64,000 bases of DNA from Auanema rhodensis. Lineage: Eukaryota > Animalia > Nematoda. The notes below the pieces were generated by a model that searched no databases, was not told where the DNA came from, and worked only from the letters and a program-made list of their open reading frames with translations. A program made the position numbers and the translations under genes. Below are positions 23,636 to 35,591 of the stretch, in pieces. Positions within the stretch are counted from its first letter, which is position 1, and each line of letters starts with the position of its first letter. The stretch is taken from contig OZ059898.1 of assembly GCA_964057225.1 (NCBI GenBank), positions 10,540,001 through 10,604,000 of the forward strand. The letters run 5' to 3'.

Positions 23636-24316
23636 AACAACAAATTTTTTGAAAGTTAAATAATAATTATAAACTATAATAAACACAATCTATAAACAAT
23701 GTAAACAAATAAAATTAAAAAATAAATATATAAAATATATCTTATCGAAATAACCTTCGATATGAGTTCCATTGATTAACCCATAAGAGGTACGGTGAAC
23801 ATATTTATTAGCTTTTATATATATTCATTTTTTATAAATTAAAACAAAAACAATATATATTAAAAAGTTTATTCAAATGTATAAATATTGAAAATACATT
23901 TAAAAAGAAATAGTTTTAATAATATTTAAAAATATATGAAATACATTTAAAAAGAAATAATTAAATAATAATATTTAAAACATATATAAATATTAAAAAG
24001 AAATTTAAAAAGAAATAATTTTAAAAATATTTACAAATACAATTAACAAATATATAAATAATAAAAATTCATTTAAAATAATACATTAAAAAATAATTTT
24101 AAAAAAGATTTTAAAAAAAATCATGCATTTTGATCCATGCGCAGGCTCGAGAGCCTGCCTCGGGAGGAAAAGTATATTTTTCACAGCTGACGCCGAAAAT
24201 ATGATTTTGACAGCTGACGCCCCCAAAAGTATGTTTTTAGCAGCTGACGCCCTCAAAAGTATGTTTTTAGCAACTGTTTGGGGGCGTGGTTAGTGAATTC
24301 GGCATGGCTCTCTACT
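23636..24316 (-). mobile_element. Diverged-subfamily Maverick TIR fragment T2 (terminus at 24316)
   Basis: Ends TAGTGAATTCGGCATGGCTCTCTACT; has CAGCTG repeats and one diverged copy of the 56-bp unit at about 23741-23800. Confidence 0.78.
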
Positions 24317-24592
24317 GACATCTGTCCTACAATATTCCAAAAGCTCTTCATCAAAATCAAACGCTCTTTGATTACGCTCTTCATACCAAATATTGAATGA
24401 AGCTAGGTCTTCTGCTTTCATTCTAGCAGTACAATAGTACTGTTTTGGTGGTAAAGATGGCAACACTTTGCCATAATTTATTGGATGATTATAGAGGTAA
24501 GGAAACTGTGCTTTACTCATATCAGGTACACCAAATGCCTTGGGTAACGCTGATAGGGGTAAAAGCACTAATAAATAACTATCTTTAAAATA
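24317..24592 (-). pseudogene. Protein-primed family B DNA polymerase (pPolB) fragment, exonuclease region, Maverick/Polinton type
   Basis: YFKDSYLLVLLPLSALPKAFGVPDMSKAQFPYLYN...LPPKQYY...MK...FNIWYEE...FDFDEELLEYCRTDV (ExoIII YCxxDV); cut exactly after DV by terminus T2. Confidence 0.87.
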
Positions 24593-24649
24593 TAAATGAT
24601 TAAATTTTTGACAAAAAAACTAATTGTTATAATTTTTAATATCGCTTAC

Positions 24650-24950
24650 TCATCACTGTCATCCAAGGTTATTACTTCAATAACCCTTGATGATGAGGGC
24701 CCACTGTTAAAAGTGGGTGCTGTGGGCTCACAGAGCTCGATCCCACCAGCCTCGGTAAACTTTATACGTTTACTAAAAAAAAAATATGTATAAATAAATT
24801 CAAAATATTGTTAAATTACCTAAGTTGATTGATTTCTTCATAGTCAAATCCTAGCTCTTCACATAAACGCTTATAACTAAAAAAAGAAAAAGTTTACAAA
24901 CAAATAATCAAAAAGACACAACATATTAGCAGCCATTGTACCTTGATATA
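24650..24950 (-). pseudogene. 3' fragment of a spliced gene of unknown function
   Basis: Introns 24941-24877 (65 nt) and 24819-24773 (47 nt), GT-AG with poly-T acceptors; spliced frame YKRLCEELGFDYEEINQLSKRIKFTEAGGIELCEPTAPTFNSGPSSSRVIEVITLDDSDE then stop; 5' part cut by TIR T3. Confidence 0.55.
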
Positions 24951-24951
24951 A

Positions 24952-25482
24952 TGATATGTGTTCCATTAAATTTTGGTATTTCATATCGTTCTTATCGAAT
25001 TAACCTTCGATATGTGTTCCATTAAATTTTGGTATTTCATATCGTTCTTATCGAATTAACCTTCGATATGTGTTCCATTGAATTTTGGTATTTCATATCG
25101 TTCTTATCGAATTAACTTTCGATATGTGTTCCATTGAATTACCCATAACAAGTACGGTGAACAAAACGATATACATGCAAAAATTTTATTGTTCTTTAAA
25201 ATAAAAACAATACAAACACAACACAATAAAAAATAAACAAAATAAGTAAACAAACATTATTAATAAATATAATAAATAAATAAAATTTAAAAACAAATTT
25301 ATAAAAAAGGAAAATCCATGAACCATGATCCCAAAATACGATTTTAACAGCTGACGCTCAAAATTATGTTTTTGACAGCTGACGCGCCCCAAAATTATGT
25401 TTTTAGCAGCTGACGCCCCCAAAAGTATGTTTTTGACAGCTGTTTGGGGGCGTGGTTAGTAAATTTTGCACGGCTCTCTACT
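24952..25482 (-). mobile_element. Maverick TIR fragment T3 (terminus at 25482), internally deleted relative to T1
   Basis: 56-bp repeats, CAGCTG repeats and ...GCACGGCTCTCTACT end; lacks most of the pure-AT block of T1. Confidence 0.8.
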
Positions 25483-25735
25483 GTGGTACACTCTTATTTT
25501 TAGGAAACACTAATTCAAAATGTTGGATCCCACTGAGGAAACGCAGGATTGTTGCGAAAAACAGACTTGTACACATCCGATTACAAGTACAACATTTCCA
25601 GACACTTTGTAAAAAAGAAACTTTTACAAAATGTTAACACATGTTCTAATTTTAAATGAAAATTTATTGTTCAATAAATATATTACGAAACATTTATTCT
25701 ATTCTTGAACATAGTTATGAAATACATTAGCTATC

Positions 25736-26580
25736 AGTAGAGAGCCGTGCAAAATTTACTAACCACGCCCTCAAACAGCTGTCAAAAACATACTTTTAGG
25801 GGCGTCAGCTGCTAAAAACATACTTTTGGGGCGCGTCAGCTGTCAAAAACATATTTTTGAGCGTCAGCTGTTAAAATCATATTTCGGGATCATGGTTCAT
25901 GGATTTTACTTTTTTAAATTTAAAAATCATGATTTAAAGCATGATTAAAATTTTTTTTTTTTAAATCAAATTTAAATATGCTTTTTTAAATGTATATATA
26001 TAATTATATATTTTGAATTAATTTTTAAATATATTAAGTGAAAAAAAAAATCTAAATTTTAAATATTTAAATTATATTAAAATTTTATATTTATAAATTA
26101 TATTTAAATTATATTTAACCTTTATATATATAAATTATATTTAAATTTTAAATATATTAATTTGTTTTAAAATTTTATTACTTTATTCATTTATTATATT
26201 TATTAATTATGTTTGTTTACTTATTTTGTTTACTTATTTTGTTTATTATGTTATAATATTGTGTTTTTTACTGTTTTTATTTTTAAAGATCAATAAAATT
26301 TTTGCATGTATATCGTTTTGTTCACCGTACTTGTTATGGGTAATTCAATGGAACACATATCGAAAGTTAATTCGACAAGAACGATATGAAATACCAAAAT
26401 TTAATGAAACACATATAGAAGGTTAATTCGATAAGAACGATATGAAATACCAAAATTTAATGGAACACATATCGAAGGTTAATTCGATAAAAACGACATT
26501 AAATTATTATTTTTGAAATTGCGAATTGTTATTAATTATATTTATTGTAACAAGTAAAGGTTTCAAATTATAATAAAAGA
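25736..26580 (+). mobile_element. Maverick TIR fragment T4 (terminus at 25736)
   Basis: Starts AGTAGAGAGCCGTGCAAAATTTACTAACCACGCCC; inverted relative to T1 and T3; truncated by T5. Confidence 0.8.
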
Positions 26581-27714
26581 AGTAGAGAGCCGTGCAAAAT
26601 TTACTAACCACGCCCCCAAACAGCTGTCAAAAACATACTTTTGGGGGCGTCAGCTGCTAAAAACATACTTTTGGGGCGCGTCAGCTGTCAAAAACATATT
26701 TTTGAGCGTCAGCTGTTAAAATCATATTTTAGGATCATGGTTCATGGATTTTCCTTTTTTAAATTTAAAAATCATGATTTAAAGCATGATTTTTTTTTTT
26801 TTTTTTTTAATTTTTTTTTTTAAATCAAATTTAAATATGCTTTTTTAAATGTATATATATAATTATATATTTTCAATTATTTTTAAATATATTAAGTAAA
26901 AATAAAAATCTTAATTTTAAATATTTAAATTATATTTAAATTTTGTATATATATAAATTTTATTTAAACTTTAAATATTTAAATTATATTTAAATTTTAT
27001 ATATATAAATTATATTTAAACTTTAAATTTTATATATAAATTATATTTAAATTTTAAATATATAAATTTGTTTTTAAATTTTATTTATTTCTTTATTTCT
27101 TTATTATATTTATTAATAATGTTTGTTTACTTATTTTGTTTATTTTTTATTGTATTGTGTTTGTACTATTTTATTTGTATTTTTAAAGATCAATAAAATT
27201 TTTGCATGTAGATAATTTTGTTCACCGTACTTGTTATGGGTAATTCAATGGAACACATATCGAAAGTTAATTCGATAAGAACGATATGAAATACCAAAAT
27301 TTAATGGAACACATATCGAAAGTTAATTCGATAAGAACGATATGAAATACCAAAATTCAATGGAACACATATCGAAGGTTAATTCGATAAGAATGACATT
27401 AAATTATTAATTTTTGAAATTACAAATTGTTATTAATTATATTTATTCTAACAAGTAAAAGTTTCAAATTATAATAAAAGATTAGTTTTAAACTTTATTT
27501 TACTAATATAACAATACAATAACTAAATAGAGCACACATTGAAGGTAAATACAATAAGATTAAGAAACAGTTGCGCTGACCTCAACGCCACGCATATCGA
27601 TGGTTAATAAACAGTAATAACTGCACTGTGGGGGTTTAAATATAGTATAATCATTTTAACATTTCAAAAGTTTTAGTTTCGTAATATAATCATTATTAAA
27701 TATTAAAGAATGAA
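26581..27714 (+). mobile_element. Maverick TIR fragment T5 (terminus at 26581)
   Basis: Starts AGTAGAGAGCCGTGC; about 1.1-kb inverted copy of 22554-23635; fused to satellite at 27714. Confidence 0.8.
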
Positions 27715-28449
27715 TTCCAAAAACAGTAGAATAAAATTGAGAAAGCGACAAAAACAGTTGAACGATTAAAACTGTTGAACTAAAACAGTCTTTATAAAAT
27801 ATAAATGATATTTTTTTATAAAAATGAAGTTTCATCGGCCGGGAATCGAACCCGGGTCGCCCGCGTGGCAGGCGAGCATTCTACCACTGAACCACCGATG
27901 CTTCGAAAATGTTAGATTGTTTCCGAAAAATTATGAAAAGTCAAGTTCTACTGATTTGAAGAGAATTGTAAGTTTTAGAAAAGAATTAAAGTTCAGCTAT
28001 CTCTACTATTAACTGATTATCGGCTAAAATAAGGTAACAGTTTTTATTGAAAGTTTCCATGACTAAGATTAAACAAAGTAAATAAATCAAAGAGAAACAC
28101 TTCTTGTTTACTTATTTGATTATAATACTTGAAATTCCAAAAACACTAGAATAAAATTGAGAAAGCGACAAAAACAGTTGAACGATTTGAAGAGAATTGT
28201 AAGTATTAGAAAAAAATTAAAGTTTAGCTCTCTCTACTATTTAATGATTGTCGGCTAAAATATGGTAACAGTTAAAAGTTTCCATGATTAAGATTAAACA
28301 AAGAAAAAAAATCAAAGAGAAACACTTCTTGTTTTCTATTTTGATTATAACACTTGAAATTCCAACAAAAGTAAAGTAAAACTATTCAAGCGAGTAAAAC
28401 TGTTGAACTAAAACAGTCTTTATAAAATATAAATGATATTTTTTTATAA
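27715..28449 (-). repeat. Short remnant of the 231-bp satellite in left-arm orientation, with one tRNA cassette
   Basis: Satellite resumes at TTCCAAAAACAGTAG 27715 and stops inside the start of a second cassette at 28449. Confidence 0.93.
27831..27901 (-). tRNA. trnG-GCC: tRNA-Gly(GCC), C72A variant, probable pseudogene
   Basis: 3' end reads GATGAA, which breaks the G1:C72 acceptor pair. Confidence 0.7.
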
Positions 28450-30502
28450 CAAGAAGTGTTTCTTTATGATTCTTTTTTTTTGTTTAATCCTAATCATGGA
28501 AACTTTTTATAAAAAATGTTACCATATTTTAGCCGACAATCAGTTAATAGTAGAGAGAACTAATTTTTAATTATTTTCTAAAACTTACAATTCTCTTCAA
28601 ATCGTTCAACTGTTTTTGTCGCTTTCTCAATTTTATTCTACTGTTTTTAGAATTTCAAGTATTATAATCAAATAAGTAAACAAGAAGTGTTTCTTTTCGA
28701 TTTTTTTTCTTTGTTTAATCTTAATTATGGAAACTTTCAATAAAAACTGTTACCTTATTTTAGCCGATAATCAGTTAATAGTACAGATAGCAGAACTTTA
28801 ATTCTTTTCTAAAACTTACAATTCTCTTCAAATCGTTCAACTGTTTATGTCGCTTTCTCAATTGTTTTTTACTTTTTTTCGAATTTCAAGTTTTATAATC
28901 AAATAAGTAAACAAGAAGTGTTTCTTTTTGATTCTTTTTTTTTGTTTAATCCTAATCATGGAAACTTTTTATAAAAAATGTTACCATATTTTAGCCGACA
29001 ATCAGTTAATAGTAGAGAGAACTAATTTTTAATTATTTTCTAAAACTTACAATTCTCTTCAAATCGTTCAACTGTTTTTGTCGCTTTCTCAATTTTATTC
29101 TACTGTTTTTGGAATTTCAAGTATTATAATCAAATAAGTAAACAAGAAGTGTTTCTCTTTGATTTTTTTTCTTTGTTTAATCTTAATCATGGAAACTTTC
29201 AATAAAAAATGTTACCATATTTTAGCCGACAATCAGTTAATAGTAGAGAGAACTAATTTTTAATTATTTTCTAAAACTTACAATTCTCTTCGAATCGTTT
29301 AACAGTTTTACCCGCTTTCACAGTTTTATTTTACTTTTGTTGGATTTTCAAGTGTTATAATCAAATTAGTAAACAAGAAGTGTTTCTCTTTGATTTTTTT
29401 TCTTTGTTTAATCTTAATCATGGAAACTTTTTATAAAAAATGTTACCATATTTTAGCCGACAATCAGTTAATAGTAGAGAGAACTAATTTTTAATTATTT
29501 TCTAAAACTTACAATTCTCTTCGAATCGTTTAACAGTTTTACCCGCTTTCACAGTTTTATTTTACTTTTGTTGGATTTTCAAGTGTTATAATCAAATTAG
29601 TAAACAAGAAGTGTTTCTCTTTGATTTTTTTTCTTTGTTTAATCTTAATCATGGAAACTTTTAATAAAAACTGTTACCATATTTTAGCCGACAATCAGTT
29701 AATAGTAGAGAGAGCTAAACTTTATTTTTTTTCTTAAACTTACAATTGTCTTCAAATCGCTCAACTTTTTTCGTCGCTTTCTCTAATTTATTCTACTGTT
29801 TTTGGAATTTCAAGTATTATAATCAAATTAGGAAACAAGAAGTGTTTCTCTTTGATTTTTTTTCTTTGTTTAATCTTAATCATGGAAACTTTTAATAAAA
29901 ACTGTTACCATATTTTAGCCGACAATCAGTTAATAGTAGAGAGAGCTAAAGTTTAATTGTTCTCTAAAACTTACAATTGTCTTCAAATCGTTCAACAGTT
30001 TTACTCGCTTCAACAGTTTTACTTTACTTTTGTTGGAATTTCAAGTGTTATAATCAAATTAGGAAACAAGAAGTGTTTCTCTTTGATTTTTTTTCTTTGT
30101 TTAATCTTAATCATGGAAACTTTTAATAAAAACTGTTACCATATTTTAGCCGACAATCAGTTAATAGTAGAGAGAGCTAAACTTTATTTTTTTTCTTAAA
30201 CTTACAATTGTCTTCAAATCGCTCAACTTTTTTCGTCGCTTTCTCTATTTTATTCTACTGTTTTTGGAATTTCAAGTATTATAATCAAATAAGTAAACAA
30301 GAAGTGTTTCTCTTTGATTTTTTTTCTTTGTTTAATCTTAATCATGGAAACTTTCAATAAAAACTGTTACCTTATTTTAGCCGATAATCAGTTAATAGTA
30401 GAGATAGCTGAACTTTAATTCTTTTCTAAAACTTACAATTCTCTTCAAATCAGTAGAACTTGACTTTTCATAATTTTTCGGAAACAATCTAACATTTTCG
30501 AA

Positions 30503-30573
30503 GCATCGGTGGTTCAGTGGTAGAATGCTCGCCTGCCACGCGGGCGACCCGGGTTCGATTCCCGGCCGATGCA
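30503..30573 (+). tRNA. trnG-GCC: tRNA-Gly(GCC)
   Basis: Majority sequence; T4 trailer. Confidence 0.95.
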
Positions 30574-31598
30574 ACTTCACTTTTCTAAAAAAATATCATT
30601 TATATTTTATAAAGACTGTTTTAGTTCAACAGTTTTACCCGCTTTCACAGTTTTATTTTACTTTTGTTGGATTTTCAAGTGTTATAATCAAATTAGGAAA
30701 CAAGAAGTGTTTCTCTTTGATTTTTTTTCTTTGTTTAATCTTAGTCATGGAAACTTTTAATAAAAACTGTTACCATATTTTAGCCGACAATCAGTTAATA
30801 GTAGAGAGAGCTAAACTTTAATTTTTTTCTTCAACTTACAATTGTCTTCAAATCGTTCAACAGTCTTGCTCGCTTGAATAGTTTTACTTTACTTTTGTTG
30901 GAATTTCAACTGTTATAATCAAATTAGAAAACAAGAAGTGTTTCTCTTTGATTTTTTTTCTTTGTTTAATCTTAGTCATGGAAACTTTTAATAAAAACTG
31001 TTACCATATTTTAGCCGACAATCAGTTAATAGTAGAGAGAGCTAAACTTTAATTTTTTTCTTCAACTTACAATTGTCTTCAAATCGTTCAACAGTTTTAC
31101 TCGCTTGAATAGTTTTACTTTACTTTTGTTGGAATTTCAAGTGTTATAATCAAATTAGAAAACAAGAAGTGTTTCTCTTTGATTTTTTTTCTTTGTTTAA
31201 TCTTAATCATGGAAACTTTTAATAAAAACTGTTACCATATTTTAGCTGACAATCAGTTAATAGTAGAGAGAGCTAAACTTTATTTTTTTTCTTAAACTTA
31301 CAATTGTCTTCAAATCGCTCAACTTTTTTCGTCGCTTTCTCTATTTTATTCTACTGTTTTTGGAATTTCAAGTATTATAATCAAATAAGTAAACAAGAAG
31401 TGTTTCTCTTTGATTTTTTTTCTTTGTTTAATCTTAATCATGGAAACTTTCAATAAAAACTGTTACCTTATTTTAGCCGATAATCAGTTAATAGTAGAGA
31501 TAGCTGAACTTTAATTCTTTTCTAAAACTTACAATTCTCTTCTAATCAGTAGAACTTGACTTTTCATAATTTTTCGGAAACAATCTAACATTTTCGAA

Positions 31599-31669
31599 GC
31601 ATCGGTGGTTCAGTGGTAGAATGCTCGCCTGCCACGCGGGCGACCCGGGTTCGATTCCCGGCCGATGCA
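31599..31669 (+). tRNA. trnG-GCC: tRNA-Gly(GCC)
   Basis: Majority sequence. Confidence 0.95.
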
Positions 31670-31675
31670 ACTTCA

Positions 31676-31680
31676 TTTTT
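31676..31680 (+). terminator. Pol III oligo-T terminator (representative; T5 or T4 follows every cassette tRNA)
   Basis: GATGCA-ACTTCA-TTTTT, 6 nt after the discriminator base. Confidence 0.75.
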
Positions 31681-32232
31681 ATAAAAAAATATCATTTATA
31701 TTTTATAAAGACTGTTTTAGTTCAACAGTTTTACTCGCTTTAACAGTTTTACTTTACTTTTGTTGGAATTTCAAGTGTTATAATCAAATTAGGAAACAAG
31801 AAGTGTTTCTCTTTGATTTTTTTTCTTTGTTTAATCTTAATCATGGAAACTTTTAATAAAAACTGTTACCATATTTTAGCTGACAATCAGTTAATAGTAG
31901 AGAGAGCTAAACTTTATTTTTTTTCTTAAACTTACAATTGTCTTCAAATCGCTCAACTTTTTTCGTCGCTTTCTCTATTTTATTCTACTGTTTTTGGAAT
32001 TTCAAGTATTATAATCAAATAAGTAAACAAGAAGTGTTTCTCTTTGATTTTTTTTCTTTGTTTAATCTTAATCATGGAAACTTTCAATAAAAACTGTTAC
32101 CTTATTTTAGCCGATAATCAGTTAATAGTTGAGATAGCTGAACTTTAATTCTTTTCTAAAACTTACAATTCTCTTCAAATCAGTAGAACTTGACTTTTCA
32201 TCATTTTTCGGAAACAATCTAACATTTTCGAA

Positions 32233-32303
32233 GCATCGGTGGTTCAGTGGTAGAATGCTCGCCTGCCACGCGGGCGACCCGGGTTCGATTCCCGGCCGAT
32301 GCA
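32233..32303 (+). tRNA. trnG-GCC: tRNA-Gly(GCC)
   Basis: Majority sequence. Confidence 0.95.
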
Positions 32304-33559
32304 ACTTCATTTTTATAAAAAAATATCATTTATATTTTATAAAGACTGTTTTAGTTCAACAGTTTTACTCGCTTTAACAGTTTTACTTTACTTTTGTTGG
32401 AATTTCAAGTATTATAATCAAATAAGTAAACAAGAAGTGTTTCTCTTTGATTTTTTTTCTTTGTTTAATCTTAATCATGGAAACTTTCAATAAAAACTGT
32501 TACCTTATTTTAGCCGATAATCAGTTAATAGTACAGATAGCTGAACTTTAATTTTTTTCTTCAACTTACAATTGTCTTCAAATCGTTCAACAGTTTTACT
32601 CGCTTGAATAGTTTTACTTTACTTTTGTTGGAATTTCAAGTGTTATAATCAAATTAGAAAACAAGAAGTGTTTCTCTTTGATTTTTTTTCTTTGTTTAAT
32701 CTTAATCATGGAAACTTTTAATAAAAACTGTTACCATATTTTAGCCGACAATCAGTTAATAGTAGAGAGAGCTAAACTTTAATTCTTTTCTTCAACTTAC
32801 AATTGTCTTCAAATCGTTCAACAGTCTTGCTCGCTTGAATAGTTTTACTTTACTTTTGTTGGAATTTCAACTGTTATAATCAAATTAGAAAACAAGAAGT
32901 GTTTCTCTTTGATTTTTTTTCTTTGTTTAATCTTAGTCATGGAAACTTTTAATAAAAACTGTTACCATATTTTAGCCGACAATCAGTTAATAGTAGAGAG
33001 AGCTAAACTTTAATTTTTTTCTTCAACTTACAATTGTCTTCAAATCGTTCAACAGTTTTACTCGCTTGAATAGTTTTACTTTACTTTTGTTGGAATTTCA
33101 AGTGTTATAATCAAATTAGAAAACAAGAAGTGTTTCTCTTTGATTTTTTTTCTTTGTTTAATCTTAATCATGGAAACTTTTAATAAAAACTGTTACCATA
33201 TTTTAGCCGACAATCAGTTAATAGTAGAGAGAGCTAAACTTTATTTTTTTTCTTAAACTTACAATTGTCTTCAAATCGCTCAACTTTTTTCGTCGCTTTC
33301 TCTATTTTATTCTACTGTTTTTGGAATTTCAAGTATTATAATCAAATAAGTAAACAAGAAGTGTTTCTCTTTGATTTATTTTCTTTGTTTAATCTTAATC
33401 ATGGAAACTTTCAATAAAAACTGTTACCTTATTTTAGCCGATAATCAGTTAATAGTAGAGATAGCTGAACTTTAATTCTTTTCTAAAACTTACAATTCTC
33501 TTCTAATCAGTAGAACTTGACTTTTCATAATTTTTCGGAAACAATCTAACATTTTCGAA

Positions 33560-33630
33560 GCATCGGTGATTCAGTGGTAGAATGCTCGCCTGCCACGCGG
33601 GCGACCCGGGTTCGATTCCTGGCCGATGCA
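33560..33630 (+). tRNA. trnG-GCC: tRNA-Gly(GCC), G10A+C63T variant
   Basis: GCATCGGTGATTC...GATTCCTGG; both stems still pair. Confidence 0.85.
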
Positions 33631-34193
33631 ACTTCATTTTTATAAAAAAATATCATTTATATTTTATAAAGACTGTTTTAGTTCAACAGTTTTACTCGCT
33701 TTAACAGTTTTACTTTACTTTTGTTGGAATTTCAAGTGTTATAATCAAATTAGGAAACAAGAAGTGTTTCTCTTTGATTTTTTTTCTTTGTTTAATCTTA
33801 ATCATGGAAACTTTTAATAAAAACTGTTACCATATTTTAGCTGACAATCAGTTAATAGTAGAGAGAGCTAAACTTTATTTTTTTTCTTAAACTTACAATT
33901 GTCTTCAAATCGCTCAACTTTTTTCGTCGCTTTCTCTATTTTATTCTACTGTTTTTGGAATTTCAAGTATTATAATCAAATAAGTAAACAAGAAGTGTTT
34001 CTCTTTGATTTTTTTTCTTTGTTTAATCTTAATCATGGAAACTTTCAATAAAAACTGTTACCTTATTTTAGCCGATAATCAGTTAATAGTTGAGATAGCT
34101 GAACTTTAATTCTTTTCTAAAACTTACAATTCTCTTCAAATCAGTAGAACTTGACTTTTCATCATTTTTCGGAAACAATCTAACATTTTCGAA

Positions 34194-34264
34194 GCATCGG
34201 TGGTTCAGTGGTAGAATGCTCGCCTGCCACGCGGGCGACCCGGGTTCGATTCCCGGCCGATGCA
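34194..34264 (+). tRNA. trnG-GCC: tRNA-Gly(GCC)
   Basis: Majority sequence. Confidence 0.95.
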
Positions 34265-35520
34265 ACTTCATTTTTATAAAAAAATATCATTTATATTTTA
34301 TAAAGACTGTTTTAGTTCAACAGTTTTACTCGCTTTAACAGTTTTACTTTACTTTTGTTGGAATTTCAAGTATTATAATCAAATAAGTAAACAAGAAGTG
34401 TTTCTCTTTGATTTTTTTTCTTTGTTTAATCTTAATCATGGAAACTTTCAATAAAAACTGTTACCTTATTTTAGCCGATAATCAGTTAATAGTACAGATA
34501 GCTGAACTTTAATTTTTTTCTTCAACTTACAATTGTCTTCAAATCGTTCAACAGTTTTACTCGCTTGAATAGTTTTACTTTACTTTTGTTGGAATTTCAA
34601 GTGTTATAATCAAATTAGAAAACAAGAAGTGTTTCTCTTTGATTTTTTTTCTTTGTTTAATCTTAATCATGGAAACTTTTAATAAAAACTGTTACCATAT
34701 TTTAGCCGACAATCAGTTAATAGTAGAGAGAGCTAAACTTTAATTCTTTTCTTCAACTTACAATTGTCTTCAAATCGTTCAACAGTCTTGCTCGCTTGAA
34801 TAGTTTTACTTTACTTTTGTTGGAATTTCAACTGTTATAATCAAATTAGAAAACAAGAAGTGTTTCTCTTTGATTTTTTTTCTTTGTTTAATCTTAGTCA
34901 TGGAAACTTTTAATAAAAACTGTTACCATATTTTAGCCGACAATCAGTTAATAGTAGAGAGAGCTAAACTTTAATTTTTTTCTTCAACTTACAATTGTCT
35001 TCAAATCGTTCAACAGTTTTACTCGCTTGAATAGTTTTACTTTACTTTTGTTGGAATTTCAAGTGTTATAATCAAATTAGAAAACAAGAAGTGTTTCTCT
35101 TTGATTTTTTTTCTTTGTTTAATCTTAATCATGGAAACTTTTAATAAAAACTGTTACCATATTTTAGCCGACAATCAGTTAATAGTAGAGAGAGCTAAAC
35201 TTTATTTTTTTTCTTAAACTTACAATTGTCTTCAAATCGCTCAACTTTTTTCGTCGCTTTCTCTATTTTATTCTACTGTTTTTGGAATTTCAAGTATTAT
35301 AATCAAATAAGTAAACAAGAAGTGTTTCTCTTTGATTTATTTTCTTTGTTTAATCTTAATCATGGAAACTTTCAATAAAAACTGTTACCTTATTTTAGCC
35401 GATAATCAGTTAATAGTAGAGATAGCTGAACTTTAATTCTTTTCTAAAACTTACAATTCTCTTCTAATCAGTAGAACTTGACTTTTCATAATTTTTCGGA
35501 AACAATCTAACATTTTCGAA

Positions 35521-35591
35521 GCATCGGTGATTCAGTGGTAGAATGCTCGCCTGCCACGCGGGCGACCCGGGTTCGATTCCTGGCCGATGCA
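35521..35591 (+). tRNA. trnG-GCC: tRNA-Gly(GCC), G10A+C63T variant
   Basis: Same as 33560. Confidence 0.85.

Noticed and set aside
24586-24600. TAAAATATAAATGAT shared between the pPolB fragment edge and the tRNA cassette flank
   Set aside because: Almost pure A/T in an AT-rich window and it reads as plausible pPolB codons; cannot be distinguished from chance.
24596-24793. Plus-strand 65-aa ORF
   Set aside because: Antisense to the better supported minus-strand spliced exon.
23384-26823. MGASAAKN... ORFs (23384, 25186, 26641) and ORF 26226
   Set aside because: They lie in TIR subterminal repeats, start at TTG and have unrelated low-complexity C-termini.
22554-27714. A single intact Maverick or foldback element bounded by T1 and T5
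   Set aside because: The termini point inward toward each other rather than outward, there is no TSD, and no capsid, ATPase or protease genes are visible.
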